A stretch of 59,868 bases of DNA, the filler included, from Platydemus manokwari (lineage: Eukaryota), in the NCBI GenBank assembly GCA_037951405.1. It is 6 parts of 6 records of this genome, joined end to end, with 100 filler letters (N's around TTAATTAATTAA, not from the genome) between each part and the next. Parts side by side here need not be neighbours in the genome. Positions count along the whole stretch, not along the records: positions 10,644 to 19,598 come from JBBMOY011322873.1; positions 19,699 to 29,965 come from JBBMOY011151771.1; 4 more parts are not named here. One strand, written 5' to 3'. A program made the translations under genes and the position numbers. The notes below the pieces were generated by a model that was given only the letters and a program-made list of their open reading frames with translations, made no database searches and was not told the DNA's origin. Numbering within the stretch: the first letter of the stretch is position 1; each line of letters opens with the position of its first letter. Positions 12,090-24,848 of the stretch are shown in pieces.

Positions 12090-13350
12090 ATGGAACATAT
12101 AGCTAAATAGAAATATGAGACAATGGAGAATTATTCAAATGAAATTGCTGCTGACAAATAATTCAAGAATATTTCGAAAGGTGGAACAGTGAGTTTGATC
12201 AGAAATATAACAATTCCCTACTAATATTCCCGATTGTTTTCAAGATTTTATTATTTTAGGTCACCATTTTTATATAAAATTGAAGTCGATAAATAATTTA
12301 AAATTAACTGATAGTCATATATTAGTACATGCTAGAAAGAATTTTTTGTTTTAAAAACAGCACACCCTACGAAATATAAATTGTTTCACTACCTCTTATG
12401 ACTTTTTCGAGAAACAAAACGAGTTATAATAAAATAATGATGTGCATGAAAAACTCATAATATAATATCATTTTTTTAAATGATTATCTATGTTTCTGAC
12501 ATCAATAATAGAATTAATGCCATGAAACAAAATAAATGAAATGAGGCTTAAGAAAATCAATATTCAAAAATTTTATTAAAAAAATGTCACTGAATTTTTT
12601 CAATCACTTCTAAAACTTGTTATTCTCAATCAGAATATTCAACATTCAGCAGCAGAAGTAAATTGAATTTTAATAGTCATATTAAATGAACAACATTTTC
12701 AAAATATTAAAATCATATTAGGAAAACCGGGGTATATTGAACCTGAAATTTTTACTCCTTAAATTTTTGTAAAGTCTTTTACATTCGCAATAGAAATAAA
12801 ATAATTAAATTACAAGGATTTTCAAATGTTAAAAATAAATAATACAGAATTTTTTATTAGAAAATCATGGCAGAAACATTACTTTGAATTGAACAATGTG
12901 ATTCAAATTATCTCACAATACGTGCTTGGTTCTCAATGAAAATACCTTCACAAATTGCAGTCTTTTCAAGGCTCACAAGCTTGAATGTATCCGTAGAAAT
13001 CACAGAGAATATTTTTCTCATTAAAATAAAATTTATCACACCATTAGACATTGACTGGCACAAAAAGAAATATTTCTCGTAATGATTTTTGTCATTGATT
13101 TGAATATCAAAGACGATTTGACTACAATAAAGATAATTGAGACTGTTTTAGAAACAATTGAAAGAAATGTTTTATTATTTGGAAAAAGTTACGACTCTTC
13201 AATTTTTCATATCCAGACAAACACCATATCAAGATTCAATTCCGTGACTAGTTAAGAAGAAATATGAGACAGTGGAGGGTTATTCAAATGAAATTGCTAC
13301 TGACAAATATTTGACTAATATGTCAAGATATAAAGCAGTAGCACACCAAA
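12090..13350 (+). pseudogene. Decayed coding-like sequence of unknown family with an internal duplication
   Basis: An ~85-bp block (KYETMENYSNEIAADK / KYETVEGYSNEIATDK) occurs at ~12100 and ~13250; between them are stop-interrupted protein-like frames. Confidence 0.35.
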
Positions 13351-14999
13351 GAGAATAATCGTTTCTATTTACTTTTCTAGAAATTATGTGTGTTATTTTT
13401 GATAATATTTGGTTTCGATAAATATTTAGAATAGTAATGATATTCTAAAATTGGTCTCAAATAAACAAGTAAGAAACAATATTTGAAGGCAGTGCATCCG
13501 ATTAAAAATCGATTCATATTTATCAGGATTAACCCAAATTATCTGAATGTACAAGATCCAGATTACTTATTCATTTATTTTAAAATGTTTTTTACAGAAA
13601 TCTATTTCTTTATAAGATATAAACAATGTGAATTATTCTCTAAAATCATCAATGCTGTAAAGAATATTTGATTTGATGAAAAACAAATACAGCATAACAC
13701 AGTTCATTCGACACAATCACTCATTTTTTCAATGCAAAATGTAAACAATTTTAATATTTTGACGAAATTCACTTGTCAATTCATTTCCGAATCTCAACTT
13801 TATTATAATTTTAAATGAAAAAAAACGAATAAATATAATAATAAATTTATACAAATATCAGAATCATCTCCTGTCAATTTTATAATAAAAAATCGAGAAA
13901 AAATAATAACAACGGAATTGAAATTTTACAAATTATATATTTTAGTTTTCTAAAGAGAATTCTAAATGAAAAAAATAAATTAAAATAAATTAAATAGGAA
14001 CAATTAATCTCCTTAATTAAAAATACTTTATTATATTTAAATTTATATCGATTTCAATTTGATTTTTGAATATCCATTTATTCTATTTTTCTCCTTTGTT
14101 AAAAAAAATTAAAAAGAACTAGAATTCTGTGAACAATTTCTCAAAAAAACTACAGTTGTAATGCACCACACCATCTTCAAATTAAATTTGAATCTAATTT
14201 CAAAATTATTCGAAAAAATTCCAAAATAATACGTATCAGGCGAAGTATAATTATTGTTTTCTTTTACCAAATATAATAAATTATTTTAAATATTTTATCA
14301 ATTATATTTCATTTAGTTTTATATATAATTTTAGTAATTTTTAAAATTCATGTTAAGTGAGACGAAATCCTAAAAAAGAAAGAGTTTCGCTTTCGGAAAT
14401 CTTTGTTTTAGCACGTTAGATAATTTCATGCCTAGACAATCATAAACCATGGCCATTAACCAATCATAATTGAAATAGGTGGGAAATGATAATTGGATAA
14501 ACGGACACAAGCACACAGTAACACGTGCATATGGATTGACCAATCTTAGTATATATTAAATGCAATTAGCCAAATAGTAACATGGAAAAGTAAAGATGTA
14601 ATCAAACCCTGATACAAAAAAGACAAAAAATGCACACAAATGTTGAATATAAATACCTATTCAAGATAATCAGCTGTTATCTGAAAACCATGTTTTTATT
14701 TCGTATTTTTGAGACATTGTATTTAGTCTTAGAGTCGTACTAATTGGTACGTGTTTCAGTTGAAAGTCATCTTTTGATTGAATTTTCGTGTAATTTTGTG
14801 AGTTGTATTGATTGGTACGTGAATTAGAAATTAAGCTTACAACCTTTGATTTTTTGAGTCGGTAATTATTTGCTTGTTCAGAATTTGTTGAGCTTGATAT
14901 TGAACAAAAATCCAGATAATTATACCTGTTCAGGTCAATGGCAAGTCCATCATCAGATCCGATCAATTACCCAAATAGATTTTGCTGTGTCAGAAACTC

Positions 15000-15700
15000 C
15001 CAGTCAACAAGTAGAAACGAGATTCAAGAGACTTCATAGAATTTATGACGGACTATTTCATGCATGTCCCTGCTCACGTATGGACAGAAAGAACAATAAT
15101 TTAGAAACTATGCCGTTACTTAAAATGTGAAGTAAGAGAAGTCTACATTCAGATCAACCGAATAAATAATAATTTGTGGTCGGTTTGTGAAAGATGCGCT
15201 ATCAGAGAAATTAATTAAAGGAGACGCCGGTTATATTATTAGATGAAACATTTGGAAATTTATCGTACTACTTGTTAACTATAGCAGAAAAGGCATTCGC
15301 ATTGAAATCCGAATGGCCATCACAAACTTGAAAAGTAGTTGAAGAACAATTTTTAAAAATAGGTCATCACCACATGAGTACAGCACTTAATCTCGTCGAT
15401 TACACAAACTACAATAATCTCATCAAAAAGTCTATGAGGGTTGAAAAAGATATCTGTATCTATAATTCATCAACCCTTTGCAGATATTTTTAAGATGGGT
15501 AAGAACATCGAAACGTCAATCTTCTGTCAACGACTTTCCATGGAAGCAGCACTAAGCTCATCAGTTCAAAGTTACAGTTGCAAATCTCAAAGTAAATCCA
15601 CTTATACAATTCTCAAAAAAAATACCGACTTTTACCAGAAAAATTGGCCATCTTGCGAGAGACTGAAAAACAAGAATCTTTACAAAATCACCGTAACAAG
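15000..15700 (+). mobile_element. Decayed Ty3/Gypsy gag
   Basis: Frames EFMTDYFMHVPAHVWTERTII*KLCRYLKCEVREVY and zinc-knuckle remnant RKIGHLARD* (~15638-15667); many stops and frameshifts. Confidence 0.6.
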
Positions 15701-15993
15701 ACATTGTTAACACTTAATGTCATATCACATGCTTCTCCTTCGGTAATTTCGGACATTCTGTCTACAAAACACCAATAGATTTCAGCAACCGTATCCTAAA
15801 AAGAAAGTGAGCTTTTGAAAAAGCAATCTTGAGTAAATTTGACACAATCTGAATCACAAAATCTATGAAAATCAAAAACATTAATTATGACAAATAACCT
15901 GAAACAATGGATTGTAAGAATAAGTGATGGAGAAGGACTTAAATGATAAATAAACTAAACTAATTGTTGAGATGGATAAATGAATAAGGGTAT

Positions 15994-16211
15994 TGTTAGG
16001 ATCACCCACTCATCAGGTTACATAACATATACAAAACTCTAACCTCATAACATATACAAACCTCTAACCTATTAAGGAGTTACATAACATAACATAATTC
16101 ATAAATCTCTGACTATGAACTGCACAAAACAATAGAGCAACATAGCATAGCAGAGTGGAGACCAAATCAATTGAAGCAGTAATGAAAGCCGAATATTACT
16201 AGCAAATAACA
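15994..16211 (+). mobile_element. Candidate LTR (possibly the 3' LTR of the adjacent gag relic)
   Basis: TGTTA...TAACA termini, preceded by purine-rich GAATAAGGG; internal 25-bp tandem duplication CATAACATATACAAA(A/C)CTCTAACCT. Confidence 0.4.
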
Positions 16212-17399
16212 TTTGGACAATGATTTTTTAATTTTTATGTGTTATTCTTATGAAAAATTATTATTGAAAATAATGTTGGAGTAAAAATTGTAATATTATA
16301 TGAATTGTTGATTAGCAACAATAATTGATTAGCAATAATAAAGGTGTGAAATTATGACATCATTTGTGGGATGATAATCAATTTATTAGAGGCAAAAGAG
16401 GAAGAAATTAAAACAAAGTTGTAATAATAAATAAAGTATAATAAATAATAAAAATAGAAGTGAAAATTACACGAGGAAAATAGACTATATTAAAAATACA
16501 TAAATGAAAATAAGAACATTTTTAAAACTACAAAAATAAACATTCGAATAAATAAAGAGAATCCAAAGTTATTAATGACCATTCCTGTAAATACAAGACA
16601 TTATCATGTGGCCGTGAAATGAGAAGTAGAAATCGACTGTCGAAAAGCGTAAGAATAATTCCATGTACACCACGAACTCAGTACAAATAAATTAATCACT
16701 ACTGTCTTTTGAAGATTACACACCGGGATTATTCTTAGTTTATTATTGTAGGTAAGGATTATATACGAGGAACTGGATTGAAATTGATCAGTTTGAGAAT
16801 TAAGATTAATGTCTATATTTAAGTGGTTTTTCATTTCATTATAGTAACAACGTTTTAAGTTAATATTGATTGAATTCCTTCGCTTTGGATTTTTCAACTA
16901 CTAGCTTTCGCAGCGTATTAAGCTTTGTAAAATAAAGTTGTGTTACTTTTGTTTTGATAAATAATATTTATAATAGCCACAGTCTTGTGAGTAATTTAGA
17001 TTAATCATAACTATTTGAGTATAGGACAACGTTTGATACAACAGAGAATCGTAACCAATTTAACATATATTTTAAATTTAGAAGTTTTCAATACTCAGTC
17101 ATTTCGCAAATAATTTGAAATCAAGGAACGATATTTCAGCTTTAGCATCCTTTAAATAAATTGTGTAATAATCCCATTCTAATAACTTGGTGTTCAAAAC
17201 CGTTATTTAATCTCCTTAGGATCAGTAATAAAATCAAGAAAAGCAATAATTAGCATAATAAAACAAAAACAAACTTTAAATTTATTTAAACGATTTATGT
17301 CATTAACATTTGCAGACAATATTTACGTGAAAAACTTAACTAATTCACTAATCAATTATTTAAACAAATATAACGTGTTTGTTTATTTTACCAGGTTAC

Positions 17400-18705
17400 T
17401 AGCCTCCTCTTAAGACCCGCTCCATCTTTCAGCCACTCTTATTGTCTTTATATTATCTCATAAGGAAATGGAATCCCCACTGGTCTCTCTAACTTGAATC
17501 CATTAATTCGAAAGCGATTTTTATACTGGTATCCATTCTTTTTTCCTCTTATGGGGATTTAGCAAGTTGTTGGTATCATTGAAGAGATCCCTCCTGTTTA
17601 TCCAGTATAAGTGTATTATAGAACATCTTCAACTTGTTTTTAATTCTAGAAAGTGAAAGTTTATTCTCGAATTCCGTGCTATTTAAAGTTCTTTCACCAC
17701 TTAGAAATCTGAATATCTCCAATATTTTGGCATTTATATACTGTGCTTCCTTGTTAACTGCATTATAAACGATTTTATTCGTATTTGAGTTAAATTTCTG
17801 GTTCTTGGTTACTCTATTTTTGTTCAATCGTGTCTCGTTGATTTTAGACCATTCATCTGTGTTGTTACGATTCTCTCATTTTCTGTATTTTAAATTGCAA
17901 TCGTATTATGACAAAGACTTCATTCATGTTTGAAATTGAGAGATGATTGGTTTCCATGTTGAGTTCAAGAATACAAGGGCTTTGTGATCGGTTCTCGGGA
18001 TGAATTTCTTCTCGTACAAGTATGCCCAGCAGTTACCTCCTGATAACACAGTATCCGTATCGAATGCAAATATCTTATTTTCTTTTGGGTAATCAAAAAA
18101 TAGAACTTCGAAGAGTGCCGACTTTAGCTTCAAAAAATACGTTTGACACTATTCTCATTGTTGTTGTTCCATATATTCCGTATAATTCTTGATGAATCAC
18201 GTGTAATAGTTTGTCAGCTCTTAAAGCAATTGGAGTTTGGTCGTACACTGTGGTACTGAGACATCTCTTATCTGTTCGATTTTGTTATAAATGGTCTGTT
18301 AGCCCTTGGTAATTACTGTGTGGCCTAGAAACCTCACTTCATATTTGATTAGCGTGCATTGCTTAGGATTCACTTTCAGATCCGACTCTTGAATTCGTCG
18401 AAACACGGCTTCCAATAGATCATTATGCTCTTGGTGAGTTTTTCAGTATATCAGCACATCACCAAAATATACCACAACGTCTTTAAAGATTAATCTATTC
18501 CTTAGTTTATGCATTGACCTTTGAAAGATTCATTAGATAGTTCAAACGGGAGTCTGTTGAAACAGTATTGTCCGGTTCTTGTGCTAAAAGCTATGCAATC
18601 TTGGGACTTCGAACTAAGTTGGACTTGATAATTAGCCTGTCTCATGTCTATCAAAGAGAAATATTTAATATCCACCAAATAGTCTAGGTATTGATGGATG
18701 TTTAT
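17400..18705 (-). mobile_element. Decayed Ty3/Gypsy pol (RT and RNase H)
   Basis: Minus-strand KYFSLIDMRQANYQV...IAFSTRTGQYCFNRLPF...VVVYFGDVLIY (mutated YxDD)...LKVNPKQC...VRFLGH, then YLYEKKFIPRTDHKALVFL. Confidence 0.9.
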
Positions 18706-19598
18706 AAAAACTGTTTATCAAGAAGAATATCAAATGTTATATCATAGATTTACAAATGGTTTCTCAAAAAAAGGTAATATGAAAATATTTGAAGACCAGG
18801 ATAGATTTCATAAAGACTGAAGTACTACAGAAATCTGTAAACACTATGCAGCAATGTTGTTGCCCCCAGAAAAAGTAATATATCAATAAACATTACTTCA
18901 AAATTTAATTAAATTATAAATCAGTCATATTTAAATAAAATTAAAATGAATTTAATAATTTTCTATGATTGTGTTACAAAGAGAAAACTGGAAAAAATAT
19001 CTGCTATTACACAAGAATAATTTAATTTTTTCGTAAATAAACAATGGAATTAAAATTATAAATATATGGCATTCGACTAAGAAAAATATAATAAATACTT
19101 ACTACTTATGTACACTGCAAATTACTAAAAACTGTACATTGTTTGATAAAATTCCAGCATATTTATCAATTTGTTTTATATCTGTTTCATTTAACTGTCA
19201 TAAAAAATCAATATTTACTTCAGAATTATTTAATGAGGAACTATGAGCTTTACATTTAAACTCTTGAATCAAATGTGAATTATAATTAAAACTATATACA
19301 TAATGATAATATATAAGAATAATAGATACTACTGATAATAGATATTAGTAATATATTTTATAACCAATAAATAATTTCAGTAAATGCAATCTAAAACAAG
19401 CAATTCGATAGTTTTATTGCCAATATGTTTCTTTAAACAATTAATCCAAATTAATAAATCATCCAGCAACTAAATATTTAGATTAATAGCGTAGGGTATC
19501 AGGATTATATAAATAACAATCAACTTGTAATTGTGTATTCCAAAGTCAATAAAAAGAAAAGGAAATGTGTTTAAAAAGCGTGTAATTTAAAGTACTCA

Positions 19599-19698
19599 NN
19601 NNNNNNNNNNNNNNNNNNNNNNNNNNNNNNNNNNNNNNNNNNTTAATTAATTAANNNNNNNNNNNNNNNNNNNNNNNNNNNNNNNNNNNNNNNNNNNN
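19599..19698. other. Artificial contig spacer
   Basis: N44-TTAATTAATTAA-N44. Confidence 0.98.
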
Positions 19699-19934
19699 AC
19701 CGACCTGGTTAAATAAAGGAAGTGAGCAAAAGACATTGGTATCCATGTTTAACTTAAAATTTAACTCTCTCTCTTTCTCTCTTTCTCTCTAAATATATAA
19801 AACAAATTAAATAAAATAATATCTTAGTGTAGAAAAAAATTATTGATAAAGTTTTAAGATTGACTATAAAATATATAACCGTCATTATTTTTTATTGACC
19901 GAAACCCTTTAAAATCAATTATTCGACTATTTTA

Positions 19935-20803
19935 TCAAATTGTGATCGGTTTACAGATATTTTCTGTAATCGTCCAATCTGTGCAGTCACTCTTGTCAGT
20001 TATGTTGATTCCGTAATGGTTGACCAGCTGTTCTATGTGTTCCGATATTGGAAAATCCCAGAACGTACCAGCAACAATGAAATTCCAGTTTTTGGTGCGA
20101 AAATAATTCATTAAATCATTTGTATCAAATTGTGAATATTGTGAAATACCGAAAACAAAATTTGAATTTTGGATGTGATTCTTATATTTTTCAATACCGT
20201 GATAACACTTTGAATAATCGATACATGTTCCTTTAGTTAAATATTTTAAAAATCTGTTCCGAAAGGCACCGAAACTGTTGTTTTCATCAAGAACCATTTC
20301 CATTTTTGGAAGAGCTATTAGTCTACTATTCATATATGAACCAGTTGCCATAATGATCTTATTTCTATGGCCCTTAAGGATTGGAATAGCTTGAGTTTCG
20401 TCTATAATAGTAAATATAGATGGATATCCTTTACCAAATTTATAATTTATTCCACTCAATAATTGAAACGCTGCACCACTGGTATATTCTTGGTACTATA
20501 ATATTAATAAGATGTCCTGAAAATAAAATATAACTCACTAATTTTTTGTGACGATTATTGATATGCACCGTTACATTCTGACATGCAGTATTAGATGGGC
20601 ATATTTCCGGAATATAAGTGACACATTGATTTAGTTCCATCGTAGTTATATCCTTTGCAATCAGCCAATGCACCGCATTTCCATGGGCATATATATGACT
20701 TCATTCTTGTAGATTCTATAGGCTTGAAAACACATGTTTTTATAATATCATATGATTGAGCATTACTATAAGTAAATAGTACAATAAAACACCAGTAAAA
20801 CAT
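19935..20803 (-). CDS. PAN + TCAF-N-like family, copy B (full length, one frameshift at ~20608); exons 20803-20539 and 20495-19935
   Basis: Signal-peptide-like MFYWCFIVLFTYSNA; PAN/Apple pattern CPWKCGALADCKGYNYDGTKSMCHLY; frame change to EICPSNTACQNVTVHINNRHKKL; 43-nt GTGAGT...TATAG intron (20538-20496); intact exon 2 YQEYTSGAAFQLLSGINY...ENICKPITI. Confidence 0.8.
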
Positions 20804-23800
20804 TGCAAATGAAAAAATAAAAAACTGTCATGATTCATAAATGAATTTTTATTTTAATCATATTTCATTGGCTATTTGTGTTTATGGAATAATTTGGGAA
20901 AATCTATAATTCTATAATTATTACAATTTAAAAATATTGTGCGTTCGTTATTAATAAAAAAGGTTTCAAACACATTAATATTAGTCATTACTATGCTTTA
21001 TATCAATAGCCATCATTTATCTTAGAAAAATTGATTAATTTCTAAAAATGCTCAAAATAAATTTAATGATTAATTCTGATAAACTAATATAGCTAGATAA
21101 TATTGGAAATTTTTTAAAAATCTTATAAACAATGTGGTTTTTCAAACTTTAATAATTTTTTGGGCATAAGTTAAGAAAAAGGGTCCTTTGACCTACTTTC
21201 GTTATAATGAATTTTCGCGCACGATACAATTTTATAACTTAATTTTTATATATAATTGCTATGTTTGATTTATTCTTGTCATTCAGATAATATCTCATTT
21301 TTAAGATGTGTAATAGTGACAAAAACCAAGCTCCCATTCTAATCACAACACTTCTATATAATTATTTGAGCTTTTAATTTTAAATTTTTATAATTATAAA
21401 TGGAGCTAGTTAATTAATTACAGACATGTTCAATAATATCATTTTTTATTTTTATAAAATAATTGTAAAAATTGAGAATATATCACAAATTGCTTCTAAT
21501 TTTAAAAAAGGGTCCTCATAATTTTCAATAAATTGCAATTCGACCTACTTTTTATTTTTTTCTTTTGTTTTTATTTAATACTTGATTTCAAACAACTAAA
21601 ATTCTTCTTAAGTGCTTAAATAAAAAACTCAAAATGTTTTTAAAGAATATAATTAAATAAACTATATAGAATTTTGCAATACACTCAATATATTTTAAAT
21701 TTCATTTTAGGACTCTTTTAAAGTCTATTTTTGTGGTGGAATTAAATAGCGCTTTTACGAATATAATGTATAATTTAATAATCAATAAACTAATCAACAT
21801 AAACAATGTTTTTAGACATCGAACTGTTCATCTTTGCAAGGAAAATATATTTAAAATTTAGGGAGGCTGACTAAATGTTTAGCATATTTAATTCTAATTT
21901 TAACTTACACATTAATTGATTTATGTGTTATTATTATTTTTAAATATCGACATTTTGCATCATCTCTTTGTGATGTGGGTGTATTGTGAACATGACATTG
22001 AATTTGGATCCCACTTTTGCTTTTTAAAGAATAAGCACATTTTCTGTAAAAATATCGATCATAAATGGAATAAATAAAGATAAATTTGAACAATGTATTC
22101 TTCATAATCTTACCAGTTTCTATTTGAACTTAATTTGTCAATTCGCGTTAAAAATTTATATTTGGTTTTAGTCAGACTACAGTAATTGTTGGTATAACAA
22201 TTATCAGTTGCACTATGTCGCTCAATGGATTATAAAATATATATAATTCATTGGAGAAGATTCGTTCTCTATACAATATTTAAAAATATCTTCATAACAT
22301 GAGTTGTTAGAAATTTCGAGCTGAATGGATTTGATATTGATAATTATAAAATGCAAAAGTTAAGATGGGTTAAACAAGTAAAAGACCTCAGAGGTTATTT
22401 AAACTCTCTCAAAGTAATTTAAATAATAAACTATAATTTTCATATATATAACTTTACAGGTCCACATCTTCGATGACATGATATGGATTGATTTTGTAAG
22501 AAATCGATTTAACTTAAACATTAACTTCTCACAAAAAGAGTAAAAATGTTCCTAGATTAAGAAAAGGAAATCATTTTTAGATTATGTGAATACAGCAAAT
22601 TTTGGCGATAGAAAGGAATATTGATCTAGATAATGGATTTTATATTAATTTTACCTTTATTATAACTGCGGTACGAACAATTTATCAAAAACTCTAGCAA
22701 ATAATTACAAAAGTTTTTATACAGTATATCATACAGTCTTAAATGATATTTCTTTGATGACAACACCTGCATATGGCATATGAACTCTTGTAACTCTGTA
22801 TTCATAATTTTTTTTGTAATTTTACTACTTATAAACCGAAATAAATATTTGATTAAACTAGTAATGAAAAATAAAGTTATAATCAATCAAGAACAGGTAA
22901 AAACACCAGGAAAAATAGTTTTTCTGATCATTTAAGATTAAAATAAAACATTTCTTATAGATAGATAACCAAGAGAGGAGGATTAAAATCTCAAATGATA
23001 TAAGTCAATGAATTTAGAAGATGTAAGTCAAATTTAATATCAAGTAAAAAACAAAACTACAATTTATCCAGAATGAAAATTACATCGAATAAAATCTCTA
23101 AGAATGGTAAATTGAACTGAAGGTATAAATACTGATACAGAATAACGCAGAAAATAAATTTGGAGCTGTGAATAAAATTTATTATAACTCAAGGAAGATT
23201 TACAAAAACCATACACTTCTATTTAGAGAAAACGTTGAGGAGATGCTTGGCAAAACAAACAGATTTAAACGAACTATTTGTACTAGAGTCAAAGCAGTTC
23301 TCTCAAACAAATTTCCTAATAAACTACCAGGATATATAAATAGTTGAATATTCTGAGAATAATAAAATAATCAAGTAAAAATATAAAAAAGATTACTGAC
23401 CATCACATCTTTGTTTTCTGTCAAATATTCTTTTACACTACTTATGGAATCCTACTAGCCTGTGCTAATTAATATTTGGTGTGACGTATCAAGATAATTC
23501 AACTAGAGTAAACTCTGACGATTTTTTAATTTCGATAATTGATTAAAATTAGAAGAATGGCGATTCCACCAATGATCTGATCCCAATCATATTAATAGGT
23601 TTTGTGTATAATTCGGATAAAAATAATAATGATGGAGCAATAAAATAATGAAGCAATGATCCTAATACTTTTATTATAATACGAAATTATCAAATGTGCA
23701 ATGTGAGGAATTTAAAATATATTAATGTTGTGCCCTGAAGAAAATGAACTACCGAAGTAGGGAACTAGGTCCCGCCCTATTTCGGACAATAAACTAAAGA

Positions 23801-24511
23801 AATGAGTTTAGATATTGCAATCGGTTTTGCAAATTAAGCCCTGCAAACCTTATCGAGCCTTGCAAGGAGATGATCAATTTGACATTAATGAAATTTACCG
23901 TTGGTATTATATTATCCAAAAGTTGAATGAATTGAAAACGCTTTGAACTTGCTCAATAGATATGGTAAATTCCAATGTTATTCCGACGATTGGGTGACGA
24001 AATCTCAAGGTTTGATGGGTTAAGATTATCCCAAATATTGATAAAGATAATTGAAGAATTTCCCGTTCGGGTAAAGATTGTTCCAATAATCGACTGAAGT
24101 AGAATAATTGTTCGCGTACTGAGCGATGATTAAATTCTGTTACAAGTTTTTAAGCTGACTTGCGGAGTCGAATTTTGCTCAGAATTTTATGTGTATTTTT
24201 CCAATTTTGGGCTGGGTTTATATACTCACATTTCTTATGGGAGTGATTACAAATTTCTCCGATAGTGATTTATTAATTTTCCTTAGTGATTAAACGTTAC
24301 TAGTGCTTTAACTTTAGAAATATATTAAATCGTCATGGTAACGTGAATTAAATTTTTGAAATACCATAGAAACACAAATTTGAAATTTTCCGAATTAATT
24401 TTAGGAGTTGACGATTCATATTATTGATGTGGATTGAATATACCAAACAATATACGTGGGGGCAATTTTGAGTCATGCATTCCTTTTTATATTTTGTTTG
24501 GGTCTACCGGG

Positions 24512-24848
24512 TGTAGAATATAACAGTTCTCGTTAATAACCTGACTTTAAAGACAAAACAAATTTGAACAAAGTTTTATTTCAATAACAATATACAACCT
24601 TAATTTACACCGACAAGGGCCTAGCCCCTATTACAGTTTCATCAAATAAAATAAATCACTTACCAGGTCAGCTTCCAGGCTGGAATAGTGGCCGAGGGAA
24701 TACTCCTGGCCGTGACTACAATTGCCTGCGTGCGTAAACGGATTACTGAAGCTCAACGCAATCTTTTTATACAATTAACGATTTATACAATTAACATTTG
24801 CAGCGTAATTTCCTACCACCGAGTTGACATGCGCAGTCAACTTCTACA
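24512..24848 (-). mobile_element. Solo LTR-like element (337 bp)
   Basis: Terminal inverted TGTAGAA...TTCTACA; minus-strand TATAAAAAG and AATAAA; GC-richer than the flanks. No TSD seen. Confidence 0.55.

Noticed and set aside
20517-20538. Possible 22-nt intron (GTGAGT...TTCAG) in copy B
   Set aside because: It gives a stop seven codons later; the 43-nt intron restores the frame and matches the paralogs.
21905-22105. C2H2 zinc-finger-like CAYSLKSKSGIQIQCHVH
   Set aside because: Ligand spacing is incomplete and the motif is isolated; not enough support.
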